NCBI RefSeq assembly: GCF_006345805.1
Contig: NW_021825468.1
Span: 1-15,004 of the forward strand
DNA length: 15,004 nucleotides
Direction of reading: 5' to 3'
Origin: Octopus sinensis
Taxonomy: Eukaryota
In this document: positions 1 to 10,109 of the stretch, piece after piece
Numbering within the stretch: position 1 is the stretch's first letter
Layout of the letters: every line of letters starts with the position of its first letter
Position numbers and translations under genes: made by a program
Notes under the pieces: model-generated
Database searches by the model: none
Seen by the model: the letters and a program-made list of their open reading frames with translations, nothing else
Told to the model about the DNA's origin: nothing

Positions 1-314
1 AATGGAATTTACTATATTACGCCAGACCTCACGGTCCATCATAGCATCACGGAGGTCCTGTTGCTGGATGCCTGTATCCCTGGAGATTACACCAGGGTAG
101 GAGAGTGTGCGCCCTCTGGTATCACGAGCAGATGGCTTCCAGAGGAGAAGAGTAGAAATTACCTTGTTTTCAGCTCTACAACAATGTCCAGCAAACTGGA
201 CTCTCCTACCTTTCACAAGAGATGATACAGGTGGTAGTTTCCCGTATATTTGCATTTTGGTTGGATGGCGCCTCCACGAGAGATTTTGAGCTCTCATAAG
301 GAAGCGAGTGTAGG
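1..314 (-). mobile_element. RTE-clade LINE, C-terminal ORF fragment (3' arm), running off the window's left edge
   Basis: My minus-strand translation from ~315 is open to position 1: SYTRFLMRAQNLSWRRHPTKMQIYGKLPPVSSLVKGRRVQFAGHCCRAENKVISTLLLWKPSARDTRGRTLSYPGVISRDTGIQQQDLRDAMMDREVWRNIVNSI. This fits the RTE C-terminus (RR.QFAGH, RGR, M.DR..WR motifs). Confidence 0.85.
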
Positions 315-830
315 ACCTGGTGATCAAATCTAAGTAGAGACTTCAAACTTAAAATCTTCAAAGCCACAGTCGAACCAATTCTACTCTATGGCTCAGAAAT
401 CTGGACGTTATCAAAGAAGCTTGAGAGGCGGTTGGATGGAACTTCATCATCTGAAAAAGATTTTCTAATTATAAAGGGTATGGCCTGGTCAGCTTGTAAT
501 GACATGCATAAGATCTGGTCATCAAATCTAAGAAGAGACTTCAAACTTAAAATCTTCAAAGCCACAGTCAAACCAATTCTACTCTATGGCTCAGAAACCT
601 GGACGTTATCAAAGAAGCTTGAGAGGCGGTTGGATGGAACTTCATCATCTGAAAAAGATTTTCTAATTATAAAGGGTATGGCCTGGTCAGCCTGTAATGA
701 CATGCATAAATCTGGTCATCAAATCTAAGTAGAGACTTCAAACTTGAAATCTTCAAAGCCACAGTCGAACCAATCCTACTCTATGGCTCAGAAACCTGGA
801 CGTTATCAAAGAAGCTTGAGGGGTGTTTGG
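311..830 (+). mobile_element. RTE LINE post-RT segment, inverted relative to 1-314 and tandemly repeated about 2.6 times (198/197-bp unit)
   Basis: ORF 432..728 reads KIWSSNL..FKLKIFKATVKPILLYGSETWTLSKKLERRLDGT, containing the LLYGSETW motif typical of RTE ORFs. ATCAAATCTAAG recurs at 323, 521 and 718. Confidence 0.88.
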
Positions 831-1223
831 ATACCCATGCTACAAGCACCGCTCACAAATGTTTTCTTAAATAGTTGATCATATTACCTCCACTTATTGG
901 GGGGTTTTTTGTCTTATCCCAAATCTATGGTTCTTTTCCCTCAACCATCGGAGCACGAGGCGGTCCTCACGAACGCTAGTTCGTGAGATGCTTGTGATAT
1001 ATAAACGGTTTTGAACAGGAAGCGGAAAGAGATTTATGAAGACGCAATGCGAATGTGCATACTGGATTCGCTAGAGGGAAGAGAAGAATAAAAACGCAAT
1101 ACGCATGTCGAAATATAACGGAAGTGAAGAATAAAGATCGGAACACGAATGTCTAACATGTGATATTGTGGTCGGCATGCCACGTCCGACAGCAACTTTC
1201 ACACAATTTTGCTGTAAATTTTC

Positions 1224-1536
1224 TCTTTTTTTATTTTGACCCTTTTCAAGCCTAGCTAGGCTCATGGGCCCGGTTTCCCGGTTTCTATGGCGCATGTGCC
1301 CCCCACCCACCCAGCTGAACGGGACGCCAGTCCATCGCAGCATTACTCAAGAAACAGGAAGAAAGAGTGAGAGAAAGTTGGGGCGAAAGAGTACAACAGG
1401 GATCGCCACCATCCCCTGCTGGAGCCTCGTGAAGCTTTTAGGTGATTTCGCTCAATAAACACACAAATCGCCCGGTCTGGGAATCGAAACCACGATCCTC
1501 CGACCGCGAGTTCGCTGCCCTAACCACTAGGCTATT
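1224..1536 (-). mobile_element. tRNA-derived SINE with a V-domain-like internal motif
   Basis: On the minus strand: A-box TAGCCTAGTGGTTA (1534-1521), B-box GGTTTCGATTCCC (1491-1479), internal CTGCGATGGACTGGCGTCCCGTTCAG (~1340-1315), and an A-rich tail near 1237-1224. Confidence 0.75.
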
Positions 1537-1679
1537 ACAATGTCGTAATTTTCTTGTGATGTCTTAGAGTTCGAACGGAGTTAATTACCCTGCTACGGAG
1601 TTTTCTCCCTTGATGGAATAAGCGGTTTCTGCATAAGTATACACACATATGCACGTGACTTTATACATGCGTACATGGA

Positions 1680-3692
1680 CACATACATACATACATACAT
1701 ACATACATACATACATACATACATACTTATATACATACATACATACATACATACATACATACATACATACTTATATACATACATACATACATACATACTT
1801 ATATACATACATACTCATATACATACATACATACATACATACATACATACAGACATACATACATACATACATACATACATACTTATATACATACATACAT
1901 CAATACATACATACATACATACATACATACACCAATACATACATACATTCATACATACATACATCATATACTATATACATACATACATCATACATACATA
2001 CATACACACATACATACATACATACATACATACATACATACATACATACTACATAAATACATACTTTATACATACATACTTATATACATACATACATACA
2101 TACATACATACATACATACATAAATACATACTTATATACCTACATACTTATATACATAACATACACATACATACATACATACATACATACTTTATACTAC
2201 ATACTACATACATACATACATACATACATACATACATACATACTTATATACATACATACATACATACATACACACATACATACATGCTTATACTACATAC
2301 ATACACACATACATACATACATACATACATACATACAGACAACACATACATACATACATACTATATACATACATACATACATGCATACATACATACATAC
2401 ATACATACATACTTAATACATACATACATACATGCTATACTACTACATACATACATACATACACACATACTACATACCACATACATACATCATACATACT
2501 TCTATACATACATACTTATAATACATACATACATACCTACATACATACCACACATACATAATACACAATACATACATACATAACATACATACATACATAC
2601 ATACATATCATACATCATACACACACACATACATACATACATACATACATACATACCTACATACATACATGCATATACATACATACATACATACATACAT
2701 ACATACATACATACATACATACATGCATGCATACATACATACATACATCATACATACATACATACTACATACATACATACATACATACATGCATACATAC
2801 ATACATACATGCATACATACAATAACAAACACATAATACATACAACATACATACATACATACACATACATACATACATACATACATACATACATCATACA
2901 TACATACATACCTGCATACATACATACATACATGCATACATACATACATACATACACATAATACATTACATACATACATACATATATACATACATACATG
3001 CATACATACATACATACACACATACATACATACTACATACATACATACATACATAATACATACATGCATACATCCATACATACATACATACATACATGCA
3101 TACATACATACATACATACACACATACATACATACATACATACATACATACGACATAACATACATACATACATACCATACGTACACACACACATACTTAC
3201 ATACATACACACATACATACATACATACATACATACATACATACATACACCATACATACCACACACATACACATACATACATACATACATACAACCATAC
3301 TACATACATACATATTACATACATACATACATACTACATACATACATACTATACATACATACATGCATACAACACTACATCCATATATATACATACATAC
3401 ATACATACATACATACATACATACATGCATACATATATATCATGCATACATACATACATACATATATACATACATACATAGATACATACATACATCATAC
3501 TATACATACATACATGCATACATACATACATACATATATACATACATACATACATACATACATACAATACATATATATCACTACATACATAATAACATAC
3601 ATACATACATAACATACATGCTACTACATACATACATATATACATACATACATACACACATACATACATACATATATACATACATACATACA

Positions 3693-3726
<34 letters not shown>

Positions 3727-3844
3727 CATACATACATGCATACATACATACATACATATATACATACATACATACATACATACATGCATACATACATACA
3801 TACATACATACATACATACATACATACATACATGCATACATACA

Positions 3845-3878
<34 letters not shown>

Positions 3879-5115
3879 CATACATACATGCATACATACA
3901 TACATATATACATACATATATACATACATACATGCATACATACATACATACATATATACATACATACATACATACATACATACATACATACATGCATACA
4001 TACATACATACATACATACATACATACATACATACATAAATACATACTTATATACATACATACTTATATACATACATACATACATACATACATACATACA
4101 TACATACATACATACTTATATACATACATACATACACACATACATACATACATACATACATACATACATACATACTTATATACATACATACATACATACA
4201 TACATACATACATACATACTTATATACATACATACATACATACATACACACATACATACATGCATATATACATACATACATACACACATACATACATACA
4301 TACATACATACATACATACATACATACATACACACATACATACATACATACATGCATACATACATACATACATACATACATACATACTTATATACATACA
4401 TACATACATGCATACATACATACATACATACATACATACACACATACATACATACACACATACATACATAAATACATACTTATATACATACATACTTATA
4501 TACATACATACATACATACACACATACATACATACTTATATACATACATACATATATACATACATACATACATACATACATACATACATACATACACACA
4601 TACATACATACATACATACATACATGCATATACATACATACATACATACATACATACATACATACATACATACACACATACATACATACATAACATACAT
4701 ACATGCATACATACATACATACATACATACATACATGCATACATACATACATACATACATTCATACATACATACATGCATACATACATACATACACACAT
4801 ACATACATACATACATACATACATACATACATACATACATACATACATACATACATTCATACATACATACGTACATACATACATACATACATATATATAT
4901 ACATACATACATACATACATACATACATACATACATACATACATACATGCATACATACATTCATACATACATACGTACATACATACATACATACATATAT
5001 ATATATACATACATACATACATACATACATACATACATACATACATACATAGATACATACATTCATACATACATACGTACATACATACATACATACATAT
5101 ATATATATACATACA

Positions 5116-5147
<32 letters not shown>

Positions 5148-5213
5148 CATACATACATACATAGATACATACATACATACATATATACATACATACATAC
5201 ATACATACATACA

Positions 5214-5247
<34 letters not shown>

Positions 5248-5933
5248 CATACATACATGCATACATACATACATACATATATACATACATACATACATAC
5301 ATACATACATACATACATACATACATGCATGCATACATACATACATACATACATACATACATACATACATACAAACATACATACATACATACATACGTAC
5401 GTACACACACACATACTTACATACATACATACATGCATACATACATACATACATACATACATACATACATACATACATACATACATACAAACATACATAC
5501 ATACATACATACATACGTACACACACACATACTTACATACATACATACATGCATACATACATACATGCATACATACATACATACATACATACATACATAC
5601 ATGCATACATACATACATACATACATACATACATACATACATACATGCATGCATACATACATACATACATACATACATACACATACAACAAACATACATA
5701 CATACATACACATACGTACACACACACATACTTACATACATACATACATGCATACATACATACATACATACATACATACATACATACACCATACATACAT
5801 ACATACATACATACGTACACACACACATACTTACATACATACATACATGCATACATACATACATGCATACATACATACATACATACATACATACATACAT
5901 ACATACATACATACATACATACATACATACATA
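1680..5933. repeat. ~4.25 kb (TACA)n/(TATG)n tetranucleotide array with variant units
   Basis: Directly visible CATA/TACA periodicity with variants (TTATA, CATG, CACA, CGTA, TTCA). It generates the YIHT/MYVC pseudo-ORFs. Confidence 0.98.
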
Positions 5934-6318
5934 GGTATGTACCATCATAGAGGTCAGCTGCCCTGAAGATGTAAATATCCCTTTGAAAACCAAAGGAAAA
6001 GAGGATATCTATGGACAGCTGCTTCGAAATCTCCAGCTTCTATATCCAGACTATGAATTCATATTCCTACCAATAATAATTGGAGCAAAAGGTTTTGTTA
6101 GTAAATGCTTAAAGGAGAACCTGGATGAACTGGGATTTTCAGAAAGAGAAATCGACCGGTTGGTTCGTCCGTTGCAAGTGCAATCTGTGAGTGGAACAGT
6201 AAAAATATGCAAGACTTTTCTCAAGTTCCAAATGTGAATTTGTCTGTGTTAACCACATCCCAAAGATGGAGCCTTGTATCTTTGTTGGAAACCGGTTCTC
6301 TCCTCGGTGGAAGATTTC
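5934..6318 (+). mobile_element. 5'-truncated 3' end of an RLE-type non-LTR retrotransposon (coding 5935-6237, then putative 3' UTR)
   Basis: Frame 5935-6237 reads VCTIIEVSCPEDVNIPLKTKGKEDIYGQLLRNLQLLYPDYEFIFLPIIIGAKGFV...KICKTFLKFQM*. This matches the C.IIEV.CP...K..K...Y..L and P(I)IIGA.G pattern of the restriction-like endonuclease C-terminus. The clade is not resolved. Confidence 0.75.
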
Positions 6319-6364
6319 TATTGGGTTGTTCGGAAAGTTCGTGCCGATTTTTATAGGAAGGAAA

Positions 6365-6929
6365 AAGGTCAATAAATACTTGCCATTACATTTTTAATCA
6401 ACCAAATATGAACCATTTTGTTGCACAATGCGTCTCCATCTTTCCTTTAAATTTAAAATACCCTCTTCCCAGAATTGAGGTGGTTTCATGGCAAAGAATT
6501 CATCAAGGTCAATAAATACTTGCCATTACATTTTTAATCAACCAAATATCAACCATTTTGTTGCACAATGCGTCTCCATCTTTCCTTTAAATTTAAAATA
6601 CCCTCTTCCCAGAATTGAAGTGGTTTCATGGCAAATAATTCATCAAGGTCAATAAATAATTGCCATTACATTTTTAATCAACCAAATATCAACCATTTTG
6701 TTGCACAATGCGTCTCCATCTTTCCTTTAACTTGAAAATACCCTCTTTCCAGAATTGAGGTGGTTTCATGGCAAAGAATTCACCAAGGTCAATAAATACT
6801 TGCCATTACATTTTTAATCAACCAAATATCAACCATTTTGTTGCACAATGCGTCTCCATCTTCCCTTTAACTTGAAAATACCCTCTTCCCAGAATTGAAG
6901 TGGTTTCATGGCAAATAATTCATCAAGGT
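6365..6929. repeat. Four tandem 140-bp copies of the mariner transposase 3' end plus 3' UTR
   Basis: GGTCAATAAATA recurs at 6367, 6507, 6647 and 6787. At 6927 the sequence continues into non-repeated transposase. Confidence 0.95.
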
Positions 6930-7124
6930 ATCTTTTTACATCATCCAAGGAATTGAAATTTTTACCATTAAGACTATTCTGCAGAGACCTGAATAAGTGG
7001 AAATCCAAAAGAGTAAAATTTGGTGAATATGGAGGGTGGGGTAACACATCCCAGCCGAGCTGCAGCAATTTTTGTCTGGTTCCCAACGCATCAAGTGCCG
7101 AAAATGAACTTTCTTATCTTCCAT
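6829..7124 (-). pseudogene. Mariner transposase remnant: ~15 N-terminal codons fused out of frame to the C-terminal ~90 codons
   Basis: The N-terminus MEDKKVHFRHLM starts at ATG 7124. The C-terminal frame GTRQKLLQLGWDVLPHPPYSPNFTLLDFHLFRSLQNSLNGKNF...RWRRIVQQNG matches the mariner HPPYSPDLAPSDFHLF region. Confidence 0.88.
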
Positions 7125-7574
7125 TTTAAAGGGTTACAGAATTAACACAGATTATAGCAGCATAAAACTTCTTCCACGAAAAGATATCTTAAACTGTGCT
7201 CTAAATGGAGGTGCAGTCAAATCCTATTTTATGGACTCAACCATGTTCTAAAATAAATCGAAAGGTAAGCTAATATAAACCGGCACGAACTTGCCGGACA
7301 AACCAATATATTGTGACGAATTTCATGCTTCAAAATGTTGCTTACTTTGACTCAGCTTAATACAATACGAAGACTTGTCCCTACTTTACATTTATCTCCT
7401 CTTAATTTCTAAGTCCGTTCAGCATATTTTTATGGCTGTTGCGACCTACACGTGTCTCCAGAGCACAAAATACGGGTAGTTGCACGCGCGACCGGGTATG
7501 ACTTTCTATGGAGATTCTTCAGGAAGAGATACGGGTAGATATAACTGAAGGTCGTTAACAACCATAGAAATATG

Positions 7575-8097
7575 CTGTGTGTGTGTTACAATATGCGTGT
7601 GACATGTGTGTGTGCGTGTGTGTGGTTGTTTGTGTCAATGTAAATGTTTGTGTGTGTGTGTGTGTGAGTGTGTGGTTGTTTGTGTCAATGTAAATGTGTG
7701 TGTGTGTGTGTGTATGTGTGTGTATATGTGTGTGTATGTGTATGTGTGTGGTTGTTTGTGTCAATGTAAATTTGTATGCGTGTGTGTGTGTGTAGGTGTG
7801 TGTGTGGTTGTTTGTGTCAATGTAAATTTGTATGCGTGTGTGTGTGTGTAGGTGTGTGTGTGGTTGTTTGTGTCAATGTAAATTTGTATGCGTGTGTGTG
7901 TGTGTGTAGGTGTGTGTGTGGTTGTTTGTGTCAATGTAAATTTGTGTGTGTGTATGTGTGTGAATGTATGTGTTTATGTGTGTGTGTGTGTGTATGTATG
8001 CGTGTGGTTGTTTGTGTTTATGTGTGTGTATGTGTGTGTATCTGTGTGTGTAAGTGTGTGTGTGTATATCTGTGTGTGTGTGTGGTGGTGTGTGTGA
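7575..8097. repeat. (TG)n-rich minisatellite with a recurrent 22-bp core GGTTGTTTGTGTCAATGTAAAT
   Basis: The core occurs at about 7624, 7674, 7750, 7806, 7862 and 7920, with a degenerate copy at about 8006. Confidence 0.9.
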
Positions 8098-8384
8098 AAG
8101 CGAAAAACAACCAAATGATAATGCGATAATTTATCAAGGGAAACAACCAACGTATCCAGAGTTATTTCCCTTGGATTGATATTTAATTTCTTTCCGTTTT
8201 TACGGTTGCGTCATTTTCGCTGTTTTGTTCTGCCATTGGACAGGCGGAGGTTGCTCTGCGATGTATTTGAGTTCAAGCCTGGTTTAGCTCTGATGCATCG
8301 CATCCGACAATGGGTTAACTGGCCGACATTTCAAAGTCACCGTCAGCAACACACTTGTTTCAGAATATATATAGAAGCCTGTCG

Positions 8385-8387
8385 TAT

Positions 8388-8446
<59 letters not shown>
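8385..8446. repeat. Compound (TA)n(TG)n microsatellite
   Basis: Directly visible. Confidence 0.95.
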
Positions 8447-8626
8447 TTGTCCCCCAAGCATTGCTTGACAACCGATGCTGGTGTGTTTACGTCCCCGTAA
8501 CTTAGCGGTTCGGCAAAAGACACCGATAGAATAAGTAGTACTAGCCTTAAAAAGAATAAGTCCTAGGGTCGATTTGCTCGACTAAAGGCGGTGCTCCAGC
8601 ATGGCCGCAGTCAAATGACTGAAACA
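8447..8626 (+). mobile_element. 5'-truncated SINE body and 3' tail (octopus-type family)
   Basis: Ends GGGTCGATTTGCTCGACTAAAGGCGGTGCTCCAGCATGGCCGCAGTCAAATGACTGAAACA, recalled as a common octopus SINE 3' end. It shares the AATAAGTA..GGGGTCGAT..TCGACT block with the other SINEs in this window and is flanked by microsatellites. Confidence 0.65.
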
Positions 8627-8671
8627 TATATATATACTTACGTGTGTGTGTGTGTGTGTGTAACTATAAGT

Positions 8672-9000
8672 AAGGCGGCGAACTGGCAGAAACGCTAGCA
8701 CGCCGGGCGAAATGCTTGGCGGTATTTCGTCTGCCGTTACGTTCTGAGTTCAAATTCCGCCGAGGTTGACTTCGCCTTTCATCCTTTCGGGGTCGATTAA
8801 ATAAGTACCAGTTACGCACTGGGGTCGATGCAATCGACTTAATACCTATGTCTGTCCTTGTTTGTCCCCTCTGTGTTTAGCCCCTTGTGGGTAGTAAAGA
8901 AATAGGTATTTCGTCCGCCGGTACGTTCTGAGATCAAATTCCGTCGAGGTCGACTTTGCCTTTCATCCTTTCGGCGGCCGATAAATTAAGTAACAGTTAC
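8672..9000 (+). mobile_element. tRNA-derived SINE with partial tandem re-iteration (184-bp period)
   Basis: A-box-like TGGCAGAAACG at 8684 and B-box GAGTTCAAATTCC at 8746-8758. GGTATTTCGTC recurs at 8721 and 8905. Homologous copies lie at 12524, 13059 and 13712 (minus). Confidence 0.85.
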
Positions 9001-9140
9001 ATAATTTTTATATATTATATATATATATATTGCATTACAATTTAATACAATTTTTCTGAATTTTTATATTATTCTATATGCTAGGCTACTGGTTTTAAAT
9101 TGATGTTAATTAAATAATATTCAATTTATCACCCATTACA

Positions 9141-9160
9141 ATATATAATATGTATATATA

Positions 9161-9205
<45 letters not shown>

Positions 9206-9216
9206 ATATATATATA
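9141..9216. repeat. (TA)n microsatellite
   Basis: Directly visible. Confidence 0.95.
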
Positions 9217-9251
9217 ATACTTTATTTAAAGCAGCAAAAATTCAATAAAAT

Positions 9252-9289
9252 CTGTTACTCTGAGTTTCTCGTTGCCGTTCATCAGACAG
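9252..9289 (-). ncRNA. Minimal type I hammerhead ribozyme (Penelope-like-element type), copy A
   Basis: Minus strand reads CTGT-CTGATGA-A CG GCAA CG A-GAAA-CTCAGA-GTA-ACAG. Stem I is CUGU/ACAG (4 bp), stem II is CG/CG with a GNRA loop, helix III is near-palindromic ACUC-A-GAGU, and the cleavage triplet is GUA. Confidence 0.7.
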
Positions 9290-9304
9290 TGTTTACTCCG
9301 GTGT

Positions 9305-9305
9305 G

Positions 9306-9365
<60 letters not shown>

Positions 9366-9375
9366 ATATATATAA

Positions 9376-9413
<38 letters not shown>
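9305..9413. repeat. (TA)n microsatellite
   Basis: Directly visible. Confidence 0.95.
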
Positions 9414-9419
<6 letters not shown>

Positions 9420-9990
9420 TAGAGAATGAGATAAAAATCCGAGGCTTTGAAAGATTTCAGAACATTTATAAAGAGAAGGCCTTACAGCTGTTTCGGGGAT
9501 ATTTTATATATCCCTTCATCAGAGACGGAGTGAGAAAATGGCTAAGCAATAGTTATTATAGAGAAGATATAAAATACAGAGTGAAGTGGAGGAATGAAAA
9601 CAGACGTGAGATACGTAAGGATATTGTAACTGCAGTTCCAATATTTAAGCAGAATGGTGAATATATATAAGTAACCTGTACCTTGTGTATAAGTTCCAAT
9701 GGTATTTAAAAATGGCCATTCTAAGCATAGAGTTTGTAAACGGTGTTATTGAGACTTGATCTAGAAGTTTCTTTTGATGATAAAAGAAATTTAGACATAG
9801 TTTGATATGTACGGCTTCCTTATAAAATGTGTCCTTCGTTTTTTGGAGACATCGGTGTGTGGTTTAAGGAATATCTGGCTTCTGTTTCTAGCGAGTCGAA
9901 TGACTATGTATTGACTCCCTCGTTGGTTTCTATGTCCGAGTCTTGTAGAAATAAGAGATTTGTTATCGCAATTCTCATCATTAATTAATC
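9414..9990 (-). mobile_element. Probable Penelope-like element 3' region (pseudo-LTR/3' UTR carrying a hammerhead)
   Basis: Contains the hammerhead at 9479-9526 about 65 nt upstream of a (TA)n run. The minus-frame IFLKPHTD...RTHFIRKP..SN (ORF 9791..9997) only weakly recalls a GIY-YIG C-terminus. The upstream boundary is uncertain. Confidence 0.5.
9479..9526 (-). ncRNA. Minimal type I hammerhead ribozyme (Penelope-like-element type), copy B
   Basis: Minus strand reads GTCT-CTGATGA-A GGGATAT ATAAA ATATCCC C-GAAA-CAGCT-GTA-AGGC. Stem II is 7 bp, helix III is the perfect palindrome ACAGCUGU, the triplet is GUA, and stem I is GUCU/AGGC with one G.U pair. Confidence 0.82.
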
Positions 9991-10027
9991 CGTTCACTCT
10001 CTTTCTTTCTCTTTCTCTTTCTCATAG

Positions 10028-10075
10028 AGACTTACCACAAGGTGCAGCAGGAGAGATGGTCATGGAATCAGACAG
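10028..10075 (+). CDS. Candidate 48-bp internal exon of an unidentified host gene
   Basis: A ~40-nt pyrimidine tract (9986-10024) ends in CATAG| and the segment ends CAG|GTAAGT (consensus donor). The length is divisible by 3 and all three frames lack stops. No protein is recognised. Confidence 0.45.
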
Positions 10076-10109
10076 GTAAGTACAATTTCGATTTCCATTG
10101 GTGCAGGTT

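Larger units (their letters stand above)
6321..7306 (-). mobile_element. Non-autonomous mariner (Tc1/mariner) DNA transposon, internally deleted, both TIRs present
   Basis: 30-bp TIRs at 6321-6350 (TTGGGTTGTTCGGAAAGTTCGTGCCGATTT) and 7277-7306 match at 26/30. TA dinucleotides flank at 6319-6320 and 7307-7308. Transposase remnants lie between. Confidence 0.92.

Noticed and set aside
966-987. Helitron 3' terminal hairpin
   Set aside because: There is no CTRR terminus at the expected distance on either strand.
1470-1536. tRNA gene (A- and B-box present, tRNA-Arg-like)
   Set aside because: There is no acceptor stem closure, and it continues directly into a SINE body and tail.
1593-5993. Dozens of long ORFs (up to 867 aa) of YIHT or MYVC repeats
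   Set aside because: A 4-nt TACA repeat has no stop codon in any frame, so long ORFs are expected. There are no splice, start-context or composition features of a gene.
6365-6929. Regularly spaced repeats resembling a CRISPR array (also 13765-14416)
   Set aside because: The whole unit is repeated with no unique spacers, there are no cas genes, and the context is eukaryotic.
7475-7525. Minus-strand CTGAAGA...GAAA hammerhead-like words
   Set aside because: Stem II does not form, and the sequence after the candidate CUA triplet cannot pair to make stem I.
7555-8129. Cys/Val-rich and His/Thr-rich ORFs resembling metallothionein-like proteins
   Set aside because: They are translations of (TG)n/(CA)n repeats.
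8176-8523. ORFs 8176..8505 and 8284..8523
   Set aside because: They run through microsatellite and SINE sequence, and the unique part has no recognisable motif.
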